NCBI GenBank assembly: GCA_963754315.1
Contig: CAVWFS010000018.1
Span: 288,001 to 352,000 of the forward strand
Reading direction: 5' to 3'
Length of the DNA stretch: 64,000 bases
Origin: an uncultured Candidatus Rokubacteria bacterium
Lineage (GTDB): Bacteria > Methylomirabilota > Methylomirabilia > Rokubacteriales > CSP1-6
This document shows positions 21,805 to 31,042 of this stretch, piece after piece (within the stretch, counting starts at the first letter, position 1; every line of letters starts with the position of its first letter). Both the position numbers and the translations under genes were made by a program. A model generated the notes under the pieces. It was not told the origin of the DNA. It saw only the letters and a program-made list of their open reading frames with translations, and made no database searches.

Positions 21805-22380
21805 GTGAAGGTGGCCCTGGCCGCCCTGCTCGGACTGGTCCTGCTCTGTCCGGCCCCGGCCGTCTCGCAGATCTACCAGTGGACCGACGCCGCCGGTGTT
21901 GTGCACTACACGACCAATCCAGACAGCATCCCCGGGCAGCACCTTGATGAGGTCCGGATCATCGATGCCTGGCGTCCGCCGGGGGACCCCACGCCGCCAA
22001 GTGGGCCGGGGGCGACCATCCCGATGAGGGGCGGGGGACCGATCATGGTGACGGCGCACCTGAACGGCGTTCCCCTGACCCTGATGCTCGACACGGGCGC
22101 CGACCGCACGATGTTGGCGCCGGGAGCACTCACCCGGGCCGGCGTGGATCAGGGGTCGGGACGCCGCGTGAGAATCATCGGGGTGACCGGCGAGAGCGAG
22201 GGGCGAGAGGTTACCCTGGCCCGGCTCGATATCGCCGGGGCCCAGCTCGGCCCGGTAGCGGTCGTAGTTCACCAGGTGCCGGCGCCCGAGGTGGACGGCT
22301 TGCTCGGCCGCGACCTGCTCGACGCCTTCACCGTCACCGTCGACCCGGTCGGCGGCCGCGCGATCCTGACCCCGCGCTAG
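21805..22380 (+). CDS. exported DUF4124-domain retropepsin-like aspartyl protease
   Basis: Signal peptide; IYQWTDAAGVVHYT; LDTGA catalytic motif; GLLGRDLL. Confidence 0.85.
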   Translation: MKVALAALLGLVLLCPAPAVSQIYQWTDAAGVVHYTTNPDSIPGQHLDEVRIIDAWRPPGDPTPPSGPGATIPMRGGGPIMVTAHLNGVPLTLMLDTGADRTMLAPGALTRAGVDQGSGRRVRIIGVTGESEGREVTLARLDIAGAQLGPVAVVVHQVPAPEVDGLLGRDLLDAFTVTVDPVGGRAILTPR

Positions 22381-22397
22381 GCCCGCGCGCGACGCGG

Positions 22398-23306
22398 CTA
22401 GGCCCCGGGTTTGGCGCTCGGAGTCAGGCCGCTCATCGCAGCCAGCACGTCGAAGACAACAGCGAAGTCGAAATGCCCTACCCCGAGGCCACGCGCGGCC
22501 GTCATCATCTCCTGAGCGATGCCCGTCGCGGGGAGGGGCACGCCGAGGCTGCGCCCAAGCTCAAGGGCAAGGCCGAGATCCTTCTGGATCATTGGCACAT
22601 CGAAGAGCGCCTCGGCGGGCATCTGCAGGACGAACGGGCCGCGGTATTTCACCATCGGTGACGCCACCACGCTGCGCAGCAGGGTCTGCACCGCCCGCTC
22701 GCGCGAGATTCCTGCCTTCTCGGCGAGTGCCACCGCCTCGCTGAACGCCAGCATCTGCACGGCGAGCCCCAGATTGGTGGCAATCTTCATGGTGGTGGCG
22801 AGGCCGATCTCGCCGACGTGGGTGATGGTAGGGCCGATGGCAGTGAGGTATGAGCGGACACGCTCGAGGACAGCCGGATCGCCGCCCACCATGAACGAGA
22901 GCTGGCCCGCTTCGAGGGTGATTGGACTGCCCGAAACCGGGGCCGCTAGCATGGCGGCCCCGGCCCGTGCGACCTTCTCCGCCAACGCGCGCGAAGCCTG
23001 CGGGCTGACCGTGCTCATGTCGATGAGAACCGCTCCCGGTCGGAGTCCGGCCAGGATGCCGTCGGCGCCCTCGGTGACCGCCTCGAGCGCCGCGGGATCG
23101 GTGACCATCGTGAAGGTCGCTTCCGCGTCAGCCGCCACCTCGCGCGGTGTGGCTGCGAGGCGCAGCCCCGCTTCGGTGAGCCAGCGGGCTTTCGCCGCGG
23201 TGCGGTTGTAGCCGATCACGGTGTAGCCGGCGTCCAGAAGGCGCTTGGCCATGCGCCCTCCCATGGCCCCAAGGCCGACGAAGCCGAGCGCGATCGCGTC
23301 GCTCAT
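22398..23306 (-). CDS. beta-hydroxyacid dehydrogenase (3-hydroxyisobutyrate DH family)
   Basis: GFVGLGAMG, IDMSTV, APVSG, MKIATN, KDL; start ATG 23306. Confidence 0.9.
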   Translation of the reverse strand: MSDAIALGFVGLGAMGGRMAKRLLDAGYTVIGYNRTAAKARWLTEAGLRLAATPREVAADAEATFTMVTDPAALEAVTEGADGILAGLRPGAVLIDMSTVSPQASRALAEKVARAGAAMLAAPVSGSPITLEAGQLSFMVGGDPAVLERVRSYLTAIGPTITHVGEIGLATTMKIATNLGLAVQMLAFSEAVALAEKAGISRERAVQTLLRSVVASPMVKYRGPFVLQMPAEALFDVPMIQKDLGLALELGRSLGVPLPATGIAQEMMTAARGLGVGHFDFAVVFDVLAAMSGLTPSAKPGA

Positions 23307-23779
23307 CGCTTCCGGCGCCCGGGCCTCCGGCCTGAACGGGTCCGGGCGCTTCGACCGGGCACCACAGCGATGGCGCTGATCTCGAGCTTGCACCGTGCGT
23401 GAGTGGCTAGCCGTGCCACCTCGACCGTGGTTGTGGTGGGCAGATGCCCCCCCAGGAACGTAGCCCACACACGATTGAGGTCGTCCTGCTCGCTCACGTC
23501 GGTGAGATAGCGTGTCACGAATACAAGATCGCTCAAGGTGCCCCCGGCGGCCTCGACGGTTTTCTTGAGGTTTTCCATGGCCAGCACTGCCTGCTCGCGC
23601 ATGGACGCGGGTAAGTCGAATTCCTCGTCGCGATGCGGATGGCTATGGTAGACGGGGGCCGCGGTCACACCGGCTAGAAAGACGAGGCTCCCGCCCCGGA
23701 CTGCAATGGCCGGCGCGTACGGCATGATCACGTCAGTGCGCCGATCGGCGTGATGAACGATCTCGAGGTGCTTTGCCAT
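23303..23779 (-). CDS. RidA/YjgF family protein
   Basis: PYAPA, VFLAG, QA..AMENL...AAG, LEISAIA; start ATG 23779. Confidence 0.85.
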   Translation of the reverse strand: MAKHLEIVHHADRRTDVIMPYAPAIAVRGGSLVFLAGVTAAPVYHSHPHRDEEFDLPASMREQAVLAMENLKKTVEAAGGTLSDLVFVTRYLTDVSEQDDLNRVWATFLGGHLPTTTTVEVARLATHARCKLEISAIAVVPGRSARTRSGRRPGRRKR

Positions 23780-23863
23780 CGCCTCCTCCCGCTGGCGTCG
23801 CATCCTAGCACGCCGCACGGGACCGTTGACCCGACCCGCCAGCACGGCTACCCTCCTGAGGGT

Positions 23864-24670
23864 ATGGACGTACTTCATGGGCGGGTGGCCGTCGTGACCG
23901 GTGGTGGCTCGGGGATAGGCCGAGCCCTGGCCGAGGCGCTCGCCCGGGAGGGCGCTCGTCTCGTGGTGGCCGACGTGGAAGAAGCGGCGGCCACCGGGGT
24001 TGCGGAGGGAATTCGCAGGCACGGCGGTGACGCCATCGCCGTGCGGACCGACGTGAGCGATCTCGGGCAGGTGAGGGCGCTGGCTGATCGTGCCTTTTCA
24101 CACTTCGGGAGTGTCCACGTTCTCTGTAACAACGCCGGGGTGGCCTTGCAGGGCGCGTTGCAAGACGCCACTCACAAGGACTGGCAGTGGGTGCTCGGTG
24201 TCAACCTGTGGGGCGTCATCCATGGCCTCGAGGCGTTCTTGCCTCGCATGATCGCGCAGGGGCAACCCGGCCATATCGTCAACACCGGCTCCATGGCCGG
24301 GCTCATCGCATCGCAGGGGCTCGGAATCTACAACGCCTCGAAGTATGCCGTGGTCGGAATCTCGGAGACCCTCGTGAAGGACCTTCGCCCTCATGGCATC
24401 GGGGTGAGTGTGCTTTGCCCCATGGGCGTCTCCACTCGGATCGGGCAGAGCGGGCGCAACCGTCCCGCTCATCTCCGCAACGCCGAAGAGCGCGCGGTGG
24501 CCGAGGTGGAGCTGATCGGCAAGTATCTCGAGCCCGAGAGCGTGGCTGCCATGACGGTGGCGGCCATCCGCGCCAACCGGCTGTACGTCCTCACTCACGA
24601 CGAGAGCCTCGAACCACTGCGCCGTCGGTTCCAGCGTCTCCAGCAGGCGATCCTCGATCGACCTCGCTAG
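23864..24670 (+). CDS. short-chain dehydrogenase/reductase
   Basis: TGGGSGIG, NNAG, YNASK. Confidence 0.92.
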   Translation: MDVLHGRVAVVTGGGSGIGRALAEALAREGARLVVADVEEAAATGVAEGIRRHGGDAIAVRTDVSDLGQVRALADRAFSHFGSVHVLCNNAGVALQGALQDATHKDWQWVLGVNLWGVIHGLEAFLPRMIAQGQPGHIVNTGSMAGLIASQGLGIYNASKYAVVGISETLVKDLRPHGIGVSVLCPMGVSTRIGQSGRNRPAHLRNAEERAVAEVELIGKYLEPESVAAMTVAAIRANRLYVLTHDESLEPLRRRFQRLQQAILDRPR

Positions 24671-25841
24671 CCCCGCTCCGGACGCGCCTGCCTGGTCCTG
24701 GGTCAGGACCACTGACGAGCTGGAACGCCTAGCTCGACGCCTGGCCCTGGCGGGGGAGATCGCCCTCGACACCGAGGGGGACAGTCTCCATCACTATCCC
24801 GCGCGCCTCTCGCTCGTGCAGATTGGCATCAGCACGGGTGAGGTATGGCTGATCGACTCGCTGGCCTTGCCCGATCTCGGCCCGCTGGCTCGGATTTTCG
24901 CGGAGCCAGCACAGCTCACCGTGGTGCACGCGGGTGACAACGATCTGGCTCATCTCAAGCGGCGCCACGGTCTCACCTTCGCCGGGCTGTTCGATACGTC
25001 GATCGCCGCCCGCTTTCTCGGTCTCCGCGCCCTCGGCCTGGACGTTCTTATCGCGGAGTATCTTGGGGTTGGGGTGCAACTGCCACCGTCCCGCCAAAAG
25101 GACGATTGGTCGGCGCGTCCTCTGTCCCTCGCCCAGGAGCACTATGCGGCCTCCGACGTCCAGCACCTCATTCCCCTGAAGAATCGGCTCGTGGAGGAGC
25201 TTCAGCGCATAGGCCGGCTCACGTGGGTCGAAGAGGAATGCGAGGCGCTCGCCGCCGACCCGGCTCTCGAGGCTCCCCCTGACCCGGAGGCGTACGCGAA
25301 CCTCAAAGGCGCGCGCGAACTGTCGACGCGGGGTCTGGCCGTTTTGCGCGCACTCTACGAGATGCGGGACCGCCTGGCCCTCGAGACCCGCCGGCCGCCG
25401 TTCAAGATCATCTCGAACGAGACGCTTCTGCTGGTCGCGACGGCCCTGCCGGGTGACGAGTCGGCCCTGGGCGCCATTGCCGGGTTCACGCCGCGCGCCG
25501 TCCAGCGCTGGGGAGCGGCCGTGCTGGGCGCGGTGAAGGAAGCGCTCGACTGCCCCGAGGCGGAGCTGCCCCAGCTGACACGACCGCGCCGGCCCCAGAT
25601 CGATGGCCCCACGCGGCGGCGGATCGAGGTGCTTCGTGGGTGGCGATCCACGGCGGCGCCGCGTCTTGGGTTGGATCCAGGAGTGGTTTTGCCGAATCGG
25701 CTGATCGGCGAGGTGGCCAGGATGGCGCCTCGCGATCGCACCGAGCTCGCGCGCGTAGACGGCTTGCGACAGTGGCGGGCCGACGTCCTGGGCGACGAAA
25801 TTCTGGAAACCCTCGCCCGAGGCTCCTCACGATCGGCTTGA
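24660..25841 (+). CDS. rnd: ribonuclease D (3'-5' exonuclease plus HRDC domains)
   Basis: The frame extends upstream of the track start to include IALDTEGDSLHHY (Exo I); also HA..ND, FDT, DDWSARPL, YAASDV and HRDC domains. Start codon unclear. Confidence 0.85.
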   Translation, partial: DLASPAPDAPAWSWVRTTDELERLARRLALAGEIALDTEGDSLHHYPARLSLVQIGISTGEVWLIDSLALPDLGPLARIFAEPAQLTVVHAGDNDLAHLKRRHGLTFAGLFDTSIAARFLGLRALGLDVLIAEYLGVGVQLPPSRQKDDWSARPLSLAQEHYAASDVQHLIPLKNRLVEELQRIGRLTWVEEECEALAADPALEAPPDPEAYANLKGARELSTRGLAVLRALYEMRDRLALETRRPPFKIISNETLLLVATALPGDESALGAIAGFTPRAVQRWGAAVLGAVKEALDCPEAELPQLTRPRRPQIDGPTRRRIEVLRGWRSTAAPRLGLDPGVVLPNRLIGEVARMAPRDRTELARVDGLRQWRADVLGDEILETLARGSSRSA

Positions 25842-25864
25842 GACTCCCTGTAGGATAGGAACAC

Positions 25865-26308
25865 ATGGGTGATTGGCGAGCAAACCTGGTCGATGACGAT
25901 TCCGGTCTGGCGCGAATCTTTCGCGAGACCAAGCGCGTTGCGGTGCTCGGAGCCAAGGCCGAGCGGGGGCAGCCCGCGTTTTATGTACCAGCCTATCTGC
26001 AGGCGCAGGGCTTCGAGCTATCCCTGGTGAACCCGAAGCTCGGCGGCCGAGAGGTGCTAGGTGTTCGGTCGGTGGCAAGGCTGGCCGATCTCGACGGGGC
26101 CGACGTGGTTGACGTGTTCCGACGTCCGGAATTCTTGCCCGGGCATGCCGCGGAGATCCTGGCCCTCCCGTGGCGCCCCCTCGTGGTCTGGTTCCAGCTC
26201 GGAATCCGCCACGACGGGGCGGCCGAGCAGCTCGCGCGGGCCGGCATGCGGGTCGTGCAGGATCGCTGCATGATGCCCGAGCATCGCCGACTCGTGGGCT
26301 CCCGGTAA
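25865..26308 (+). CDS. CoA-binding protein (YccU-like)
   Basis: VAVLGA, YVPAYL, VNP, VDVFR, WFQLGI, VVQDRC. Confidence 0.9.
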   Translation: MGDWRANLVDDDSGLARIFRETKRVAVLGAKAERGQPAFYVPAYLQAQGFELSLVNPKLGGREVLGVRSVARLADLDGADVVDVFRRPEFLPGHAAEILALPWRPLVVWFQLGIRHDGAAEQLARAGMRVVQDRCMMPEHRRLVGSR

Positions 26309-26313
26309 CGCAC

Positions 26314-27993
26314 ATGGCGCATCAGTTCGTGTACGTCATGAAGGATCTGCGCAAGGTCGTTCCCCCGAAGCGCGAGATCCTGAGGGGGATCTGGCTCTCC
26401 TTTCTGCCCGGCGCCAAGATCGGCGTGTTGGGGGCGAACGGCGCGGGCAAGAGCTCCCTGCTCCGCATCATGGCCGGAGTGGACGACGACTTCCTCGGTG
26501 AAGCGTTCGCTGCCGACGGGCTCCGCGTCGGGTTCCTGCCGCAGGAGCCCCAGCTTGACCCGACCATGGACGTGCGGGGCAACGTCGAGGAAGCGGTGGC
26601 GGAAACGCGTGCTCTGCTACGGCGCTTCGAGGAGATCAGCACGAGGCTCGGCGAACCGGTCGAGGCCGACGAGATGGAAAGGCTCCTGGACGAGCAGGCG
26701 CGCCTGCAAGACTCGATCGACGCGGCGGGGGCCTGGGACCTCGATCGCACGGTCGATATTGCGATGGATGCCCTGCGGTGTCCGCCTGGCGACGCCGAGG
26801 TCGCGACGCTTTCGGGCGGCGAGCGGCGCCGAGTCGCTCTCTGCCGGCTGCTGCTCGAGAAGCCCGACATGTTGCTGCTCGACGAGCCGACCAATCACCT
26901 CGATGCCGAGTCGGTGGCCTGGATCGAACGCTATCTGAAGGAGTATGGGGGCACGGTGGTGGCCGTCACCCACGACCGCTATTTCCTCGACAACGTGGCC
27001 GGTTGGATCCTCGAACTGGACCGCGGCCACGGCATTCCGTGGGAGGGCAACTACTCATCCTGGCTCGAGCAGAAGCAACAGCGACTGGAGCAGGAGGAAA
27101 AGGCCGACCTCGCCCGCCAGCGGACGTTGGCGCGCGAGCTCGAGTGGGTGCGCCTGGCCCCACGCGCGCGGCAGGCGAAGAGCAAGGCGCGCCTGGCCGC
27201 CTACGACACAATGGTCAGCGAGTCGTTCGAGCAGCGCGCGACGGCCCTCGAGATTGCCATCCCGCCAGGTCCGCGCCTCGGCGACGTGGTGGTGGAGGCG
27301 GATCACCTCGCGAAAGGATACGGTGATCGCATCTTGATCGACGACCTCAGCTTCAAGCTCCCGCGCGGAGGGATCGTGGGCGTCATCGGTCCTAACGGAG
27401 CCGGCAAGACCACGCTCTTCCGGATGATCACTGGCCAGGAGAAGCCGGACCGCGGAAGCCTGCGCGTGGGCGAGACGGTGCAGCTGGCCTACGTCGACCA
27501 GAGCCGGGACATCCTGGACGCCAAGAAGAACGTGTGGGAGGAGATCTCCGACGGGCAGGACACGCTCACCCTGGGTGGGCGCACCATGGCCTCGCGCGCG
27601 TACGTGGCGGCCTTCAACTTCAAGGGCTCGGACCAGCAGAAGAAGGTCGGCACCCTCTCCGGCGGTGAGCGCAACCGCCTGCACCTCGCCAAGATGCTGA
27701 AGAGCGGCGGCAACCTCCTGCTCCTCGACGAGCCCACCAACGACCTCGACGTCGACACCCTGCGCGCTCTGGAGGATGCCCTCTTGAGCTTCGCGGGCTG
27801 CGCGGTGGTCATCAGCCATGATCGCTGGTTCCTCGATCGCATCGCCACCCACATGCTGGCCTTCGAGGACGAGGGCCAGGTGGTGTGGTTCGAGGGGAAC
27901 TACGCCGACTACGAGGCCGACCGCAAGCGGCGTCTCGGCGCGGAGGCCGACCAGCCCCACCGCCTGCGCTACAAGCGTCTGCACCGCGGGTAG
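26314..27993 (+). CDS. ettA: energy-dependent translational throttle ABC-F ATPase
   Basis: [20 protein letters not shown], two ABC domains, [25 protein letters not shown]. Confidence 0.95.
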   Translation: MAHQFVYVMKDLRKVVPPKREILRGIWLSFLPGAKIGVLGANGAGKSSLLRIMAGVDDDFLGEAFAADGLRVGFLPQEPQLDPTMDVRGNVEEAVAETRALLRRFEEISTRLGEPVEADEMERLLDEQARLQDSIDAAGAWDLDRTVDIAMDALRCPPGDAEVATLSGGERRRVALCRLLLEKPDMLLLDEPTNHLDAESVAWIERYLKEYGGTVVAVTHDRYFLDNVAGWILELDRGHGIPWEGNYSSWLEQKQQRLEQEEKADLARQRTLARELEWVRLAPRARQAKSKARLAAYDTMVSESFEQRATALEIAIPPGPRLGDVVVEADHLAKGYGDRILIDDLSFKLPRGGIVGVIGPNGAGKTTLFRMITGQEKPDRGSLRVGETVQLAYVDQSRDILDAKKNVWEEISDGQDTLTLGGRTMASRAYVAAFNFKGSDQQKKVGTLSGGERNRLHLAKMLKSGGNLLLLDEPTNDLDVDTLRALEDALLSFAGCAVVISHDRWFLDRIATHMLAFEDEGQVVWFEGNYADYEADRKRRLGAEADQPHRLRYKRLHRG

Positions 27994-28039
27994 CGGCCAA
28001 CTGTCAGCGGGCCGCGCAGAGGCGAGTCAGGACCAACCG

Positions 28040-28834
28040 GTGAGACCCGGGCTGCTGTTCGAAACGAGTCTGGTCGTGATCCTGGTCGCCCTGGTGGGGG
28101 CGTCTCTGCTCGCCGCGGAGGCGGGCTTCCGCCTCGGGCGCCGTCACCGCCGGTTGCGGGGCGACGCCGGGAGAGCCAACGTGAGCACCTTGCAGGGGGC
28201 GCTCCTCGGGTTGCTCGCCCTCCTGCTCGGATTCTCGTTCGCCATGGCCCACTCTCGCTTCGACACGCGAAAACTGCTGGTCCTGCAGGAAGCCAACGCC
28301 ATCGGCACGGCGATCCTGCGCGCGCAGCTTCTCCCGGCCCCCGAAGGACAGCAGGTCGCGGATCTCTTTCGCCAGTACGTGGAAGTCCGGCTCGTATTTC
28401 ACGAGGCTGGCCTCGACGAGGGTAAGCTGCGCTATGCGCTGGCGGAGACGAACCGGCTCCAGGCCGAGCTGTGGGCCCGCACCGTGACGGCGGTGGAACG
28501 GTCGCCCCGGCCTGCCACCACGGGGCTGTTCGTGCAGGCCGTGAACGCGGTGATCGATCTGCACGCGATGCGGGTGAATGCGATGAGGAATCACATCCCT
28601 GAGGGTGTGCTCTGGCTGTTGTACTTCGTCACAGTGCTTGCCATGGGCATGACTGGCTACGGCTCGGGGCTTGGGGGGGATCGGAATACCTGGCCCACCG
28701 TCACCACAGCCGTCCTCATCTCGGTCGTGGTCGTCGTGATCATGGATCTCGACCGGCCACGCCGTGGCTTCATAACGGTCGGTCAGTCGAGCATGCTGGA
28801 TCTTCGGGAGAGCCTGCGGCGACCGGCCCCCTGA
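28040..28834 (+). CDS. DUF4239/bestrophin-like membrane protein
   Basis: LGLLALLLGFSF, EANAIGTA.LR, MDLDRPRRG. Confidence 0.78.
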   Translation: MRPGLLFETSLVVILVALVGASLLAAEAGFRLGRRHRRLRGDAGRANVSTLQGALLGLLALLLGFSFAMAHSRFDTRKLLVLQEANAIGTAILRAQLLPAPEGQQVADLFRQYVEVRLVFHEAGLDEGKLRYALAETNRLQAELWARTVTAVERSPRPATTGLFVQAVNAVIDLHAMRVNAMRNHIPEGVLWLLYFVTVLAMGMTGYGSGLGGDRNTWPTVTTAVLISVVVVVIMDLDRPRRGFITVGQSSMLDLRESLRRPAP

Positions 28835-29489
28835 CTGTACGCGCCCGGGGTCGCAACCGGCTGGCGCACACGAGGATGTTGTCGGCTTCCCGTCGCACGC
28901 GATAGAGACGGATCTCCGCGAAGGCTGACGCGAGTGCGCGTGCTGTGTCGCGCGCGTGCAGGCGACGATGGCGGTTCACGACAAGGACACCCCGGCGGCT
29001 GAGAAGCCTGGCCAGGCTCAGAGCCAGGGGAATCGAGCGCTCTGCCGTCTGGTCGTACGTGCAGTCCTCCATGATGAAGTCGAAGCGCCCCCGCCTGCGG
29101 AGGAGTGCAGCCACCGCCGTCTCGGCCTCAGCGCAGAGAAACTCGAGGCCCGGCATGTCGCCGAGGCCAAACCAGCGCTGAGCGATGCCCACGATGAGGG
29201 GGTCCCGCTCGATCGCCGTCACGTGGCGTGGCCTCACTTGCTGACGCAAGAGGTGGAGCTGGGTCCCGCCCCCCAGGCCCACGAAGAGCACGGAAGGGCG
29301 CGGCGGCAACTCACCCAGGGCGAGCGCTTCACCCCAGTACTCCAGCCGCGCACGCGTCCAGTCTCCGTCACGCGCGTAGGTCGAGAGGACGGAGCCGTCG
29401 ATGACGAGCCGCCGATCGGAGCCAACGTCGATCACCTTGACGAGGCCCGAGAGCGGCGAGTGCGTTTGGTAGACGATGCGTCGGTTCAC
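28770..29489 (-). CDS. spermidine-synthase-like SAM-dependent methyltransferase
   Basis: VLFVGLGGG, AIERDP, FDFIMED, GVLVVN; likely GTG start at 29489. Confidence 0.78.
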   Translation of the reverse strand: MNRRIVYQTHSPLSGLVKVIDVGSDRRLVIDGSVLSTYARDGDWTRARLEYWGEALALGELPPRPSVLFVGLGGGTQLHLLRQQVRPRHVTAIERDPLIVGIAQRWFGLGDMPGLEFLCAEAETAVAALLRRRGRFDFIMEDCTYDQTAERSIPLALSLARLLSRRGVLVVNRHRRLHARDTARALASAFAEIRLYRVRREADNILVCASRLRPRARTVRGPVAAGSPEDPACSTDRPL

Positions 29490-29508
29490 TCGGGGCGGGG
29501 GTCTCCGT

Positions 29509-30276
29509 TCATCGCGGTGCCATGCGGATGGCCCCATCGAGCCGGATCGTCTCCGCGTTGAGCATGACGTTCTCGATGATGTGGGCGGCGAGGGCCGCGT
29601 ACTCGTCGGGACGGCCCAGCCGTGACGGGAACGGCACCTGCTTGCCCAGCGAGAGCCGTACTGGCTCGGGCAAGGTGGCCAGCATGGGCGTCTCGAAGAT
29701 GCCAGGGGCGATGGTGACCACCCTGATACCGAGCTCGGCGAGATCGCGCGCGATGGGCAAGGTCATACCGACCACACCGCCCTTGGAGGCCGAGTACGCC
29801 GCCTGTCCGACCTGCCCGTCGAAGGCGGCCACCGACGCGGTGTTGATCATGACGCCACGCTCTCCGTCCTCGGTGGGCGCATTCCTGGCCATGAGGACGG
29901 CGGCCAGCCGGATGCAGTTGAACGTCCCGATCAGGTTGATCTGGATGACCCGGGCGAACTCTTCCAGCTTGGCTGGTCCGGAACGGCCCAGGGTCTTCAT
30001 GGCGGTGCCCACCCCCGCGCAATTCACGAGGACGTTCAACGCGCCCAGACGGTCGTGGGCTGCCTTGAGGGCAGCCTCCACCTCGTCGCCGCTGGTCACG
30101 TCGGCGGCGACGAAGACGGCGGAAGGTCCCAGGGCGCGCGCAACCTCGGCCCCAGCCGACGTTGCCCGGTCGAGGATGGCCACACGCCCGCCAGCGGCAA
30201 CCAGGTGAGCGGCGGTGGCCCGGCCTAGCCCCGAGGCTCCGCCTGTGACGACCGCGCTGACAGACTTGAGCTGCAT
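29509..30276 (-). CDS. 3-hydroxyacyl-CoA dehydrogenase type II (SDR)
   Basis: [53 protein letters not shown]. Confidence 0.93.
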   Translation of the reverse strand: MQLKSVSAVVTGGASGLGRATAAHLVAAGGRVAILDRATSAGAEVARALGPSAVFVAADVTSGDEVEAALKAAHDRLGALNVLVNCAGVGTAMKTLGRSGPAKLEEFARVIQINLIGTFNCIRLAAVLMARNAPTEDGERGVMINTASVAAFDGQVGQAAYSASKGGVVGMTLPIARDLAELGIRVVTIAPGIFETPMLATLPEPVRLSLGKQVPFPSRLGRPDEYAALAAHIIENVMLNAETIRLDGAIRMAPR

Positions 30277-30295
30277 CGTGTCCTCCTGCATCGGA

Positions 30296-30321
30296 TGATC
30301 GGCAGTTCTGATCGGCAGTTC
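30296..30321. repeat. 13-bp tandem direct repeat x2
   Basis: TGATCGGCAGTTC TGATCGGCAGTTC in the 5' region of the SDR gene. Confidence 0.7.
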
Positions 30322-30439
30322 TATGTAGCACGGTCGGGAGGGGATGTTCGAGCCGGTCTGGGGACCGGGCGCCCCTGACCCCTGTATGTCGAGTGGTACC
30401 TGATTCTCGAGCACAACATGTGCCCGCTTGTCACATTAG

Positions 30440-30457
30440 ACTTAACATGTGTTAAGT
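30440..30457. promoter_or_regulatory. candidate LexA operator (SOS box)
   Basis: Palindrome ACTTAACA-TG-TGTTAAGT with an AAC-N4-GTT core, immediately upstream of imuA. Confidence 0.7.
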
Positions 30458-30466
30458 ATCAGCATC

Positions 30467-31042
30467 GTGAGTGGCCAGGGTTCCCAATCCGGCCCGGAGA
30501 TCGCGCGGCTGGTGCGACCGGGGACGATCACCGAGGTGGTTGGGCGCCTATCCTCTGGCCGCACAAGCCTGCTCATCGCCTGCCTCGGCCACGCCACGCG
30601 CGAGGGGGCGGTGGTCGCACTGGTAGACACCGATCATGCGTTTGATCCTGGGGCTGCCGCCCGCGCCGGGCTCGATCTCAGGCGCCTCTTGTGGGTTCGT
30701 TGCGCAGGCCGGCGCCAGGTGGCGTTGCGGGCTACCGATCTCCTGGTCCGTTGTCCAGGATTCGCCCTGATCGGGCTCGACGTCGGCGAATCGCCGCCAC
30801 GCCTGCCGCTCGGGGATGGCTTCCGGCTCAAGCTCGCCGTGCGGCGCTCCGGCGCCGCCTTGTTCGTCATCGGAGCCAGACGCATCACGGGAGCCGGTGC
30901 GTCGCTCGTCTTCGAGAGCGAACGGGAGGCGCTCGTGTGGGCAGGACCGGGTCCGATCCCGACCCGGCTGGCGCGCATGCGCTCGCGCCTTAGCGTGCGA
31001 CGCGGCCTCGGCAATGGATTGACCGTCGAGTGGACGGCATGA
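30467..31042 (+). CDS. imuA: ImuA/RecA-like mutagenesis accessory protein
   Basis: GTITEVVG..SSGRTSL (degenerate Walker A), ALVD, GLDLRRLLWVR; ATGA-coupled to imuB. Confidence 0.8.
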   Translation: MSGQGSQSGPEIARLVRPGTITEVVGRLSSGRTSLLIACLGHATREGAVVALVDTDHAFDPGAAARAGLDLRRLLWVRCAGRRQVALRATDLLVRCPGFALIGLDVGESPPRLPLGDGFRLKLAVRRSGAALFVIGARRITGAGASLVFESEREALVWAGPGPIPTRLARMRSRLSVRRGLGNGLTVEWTA

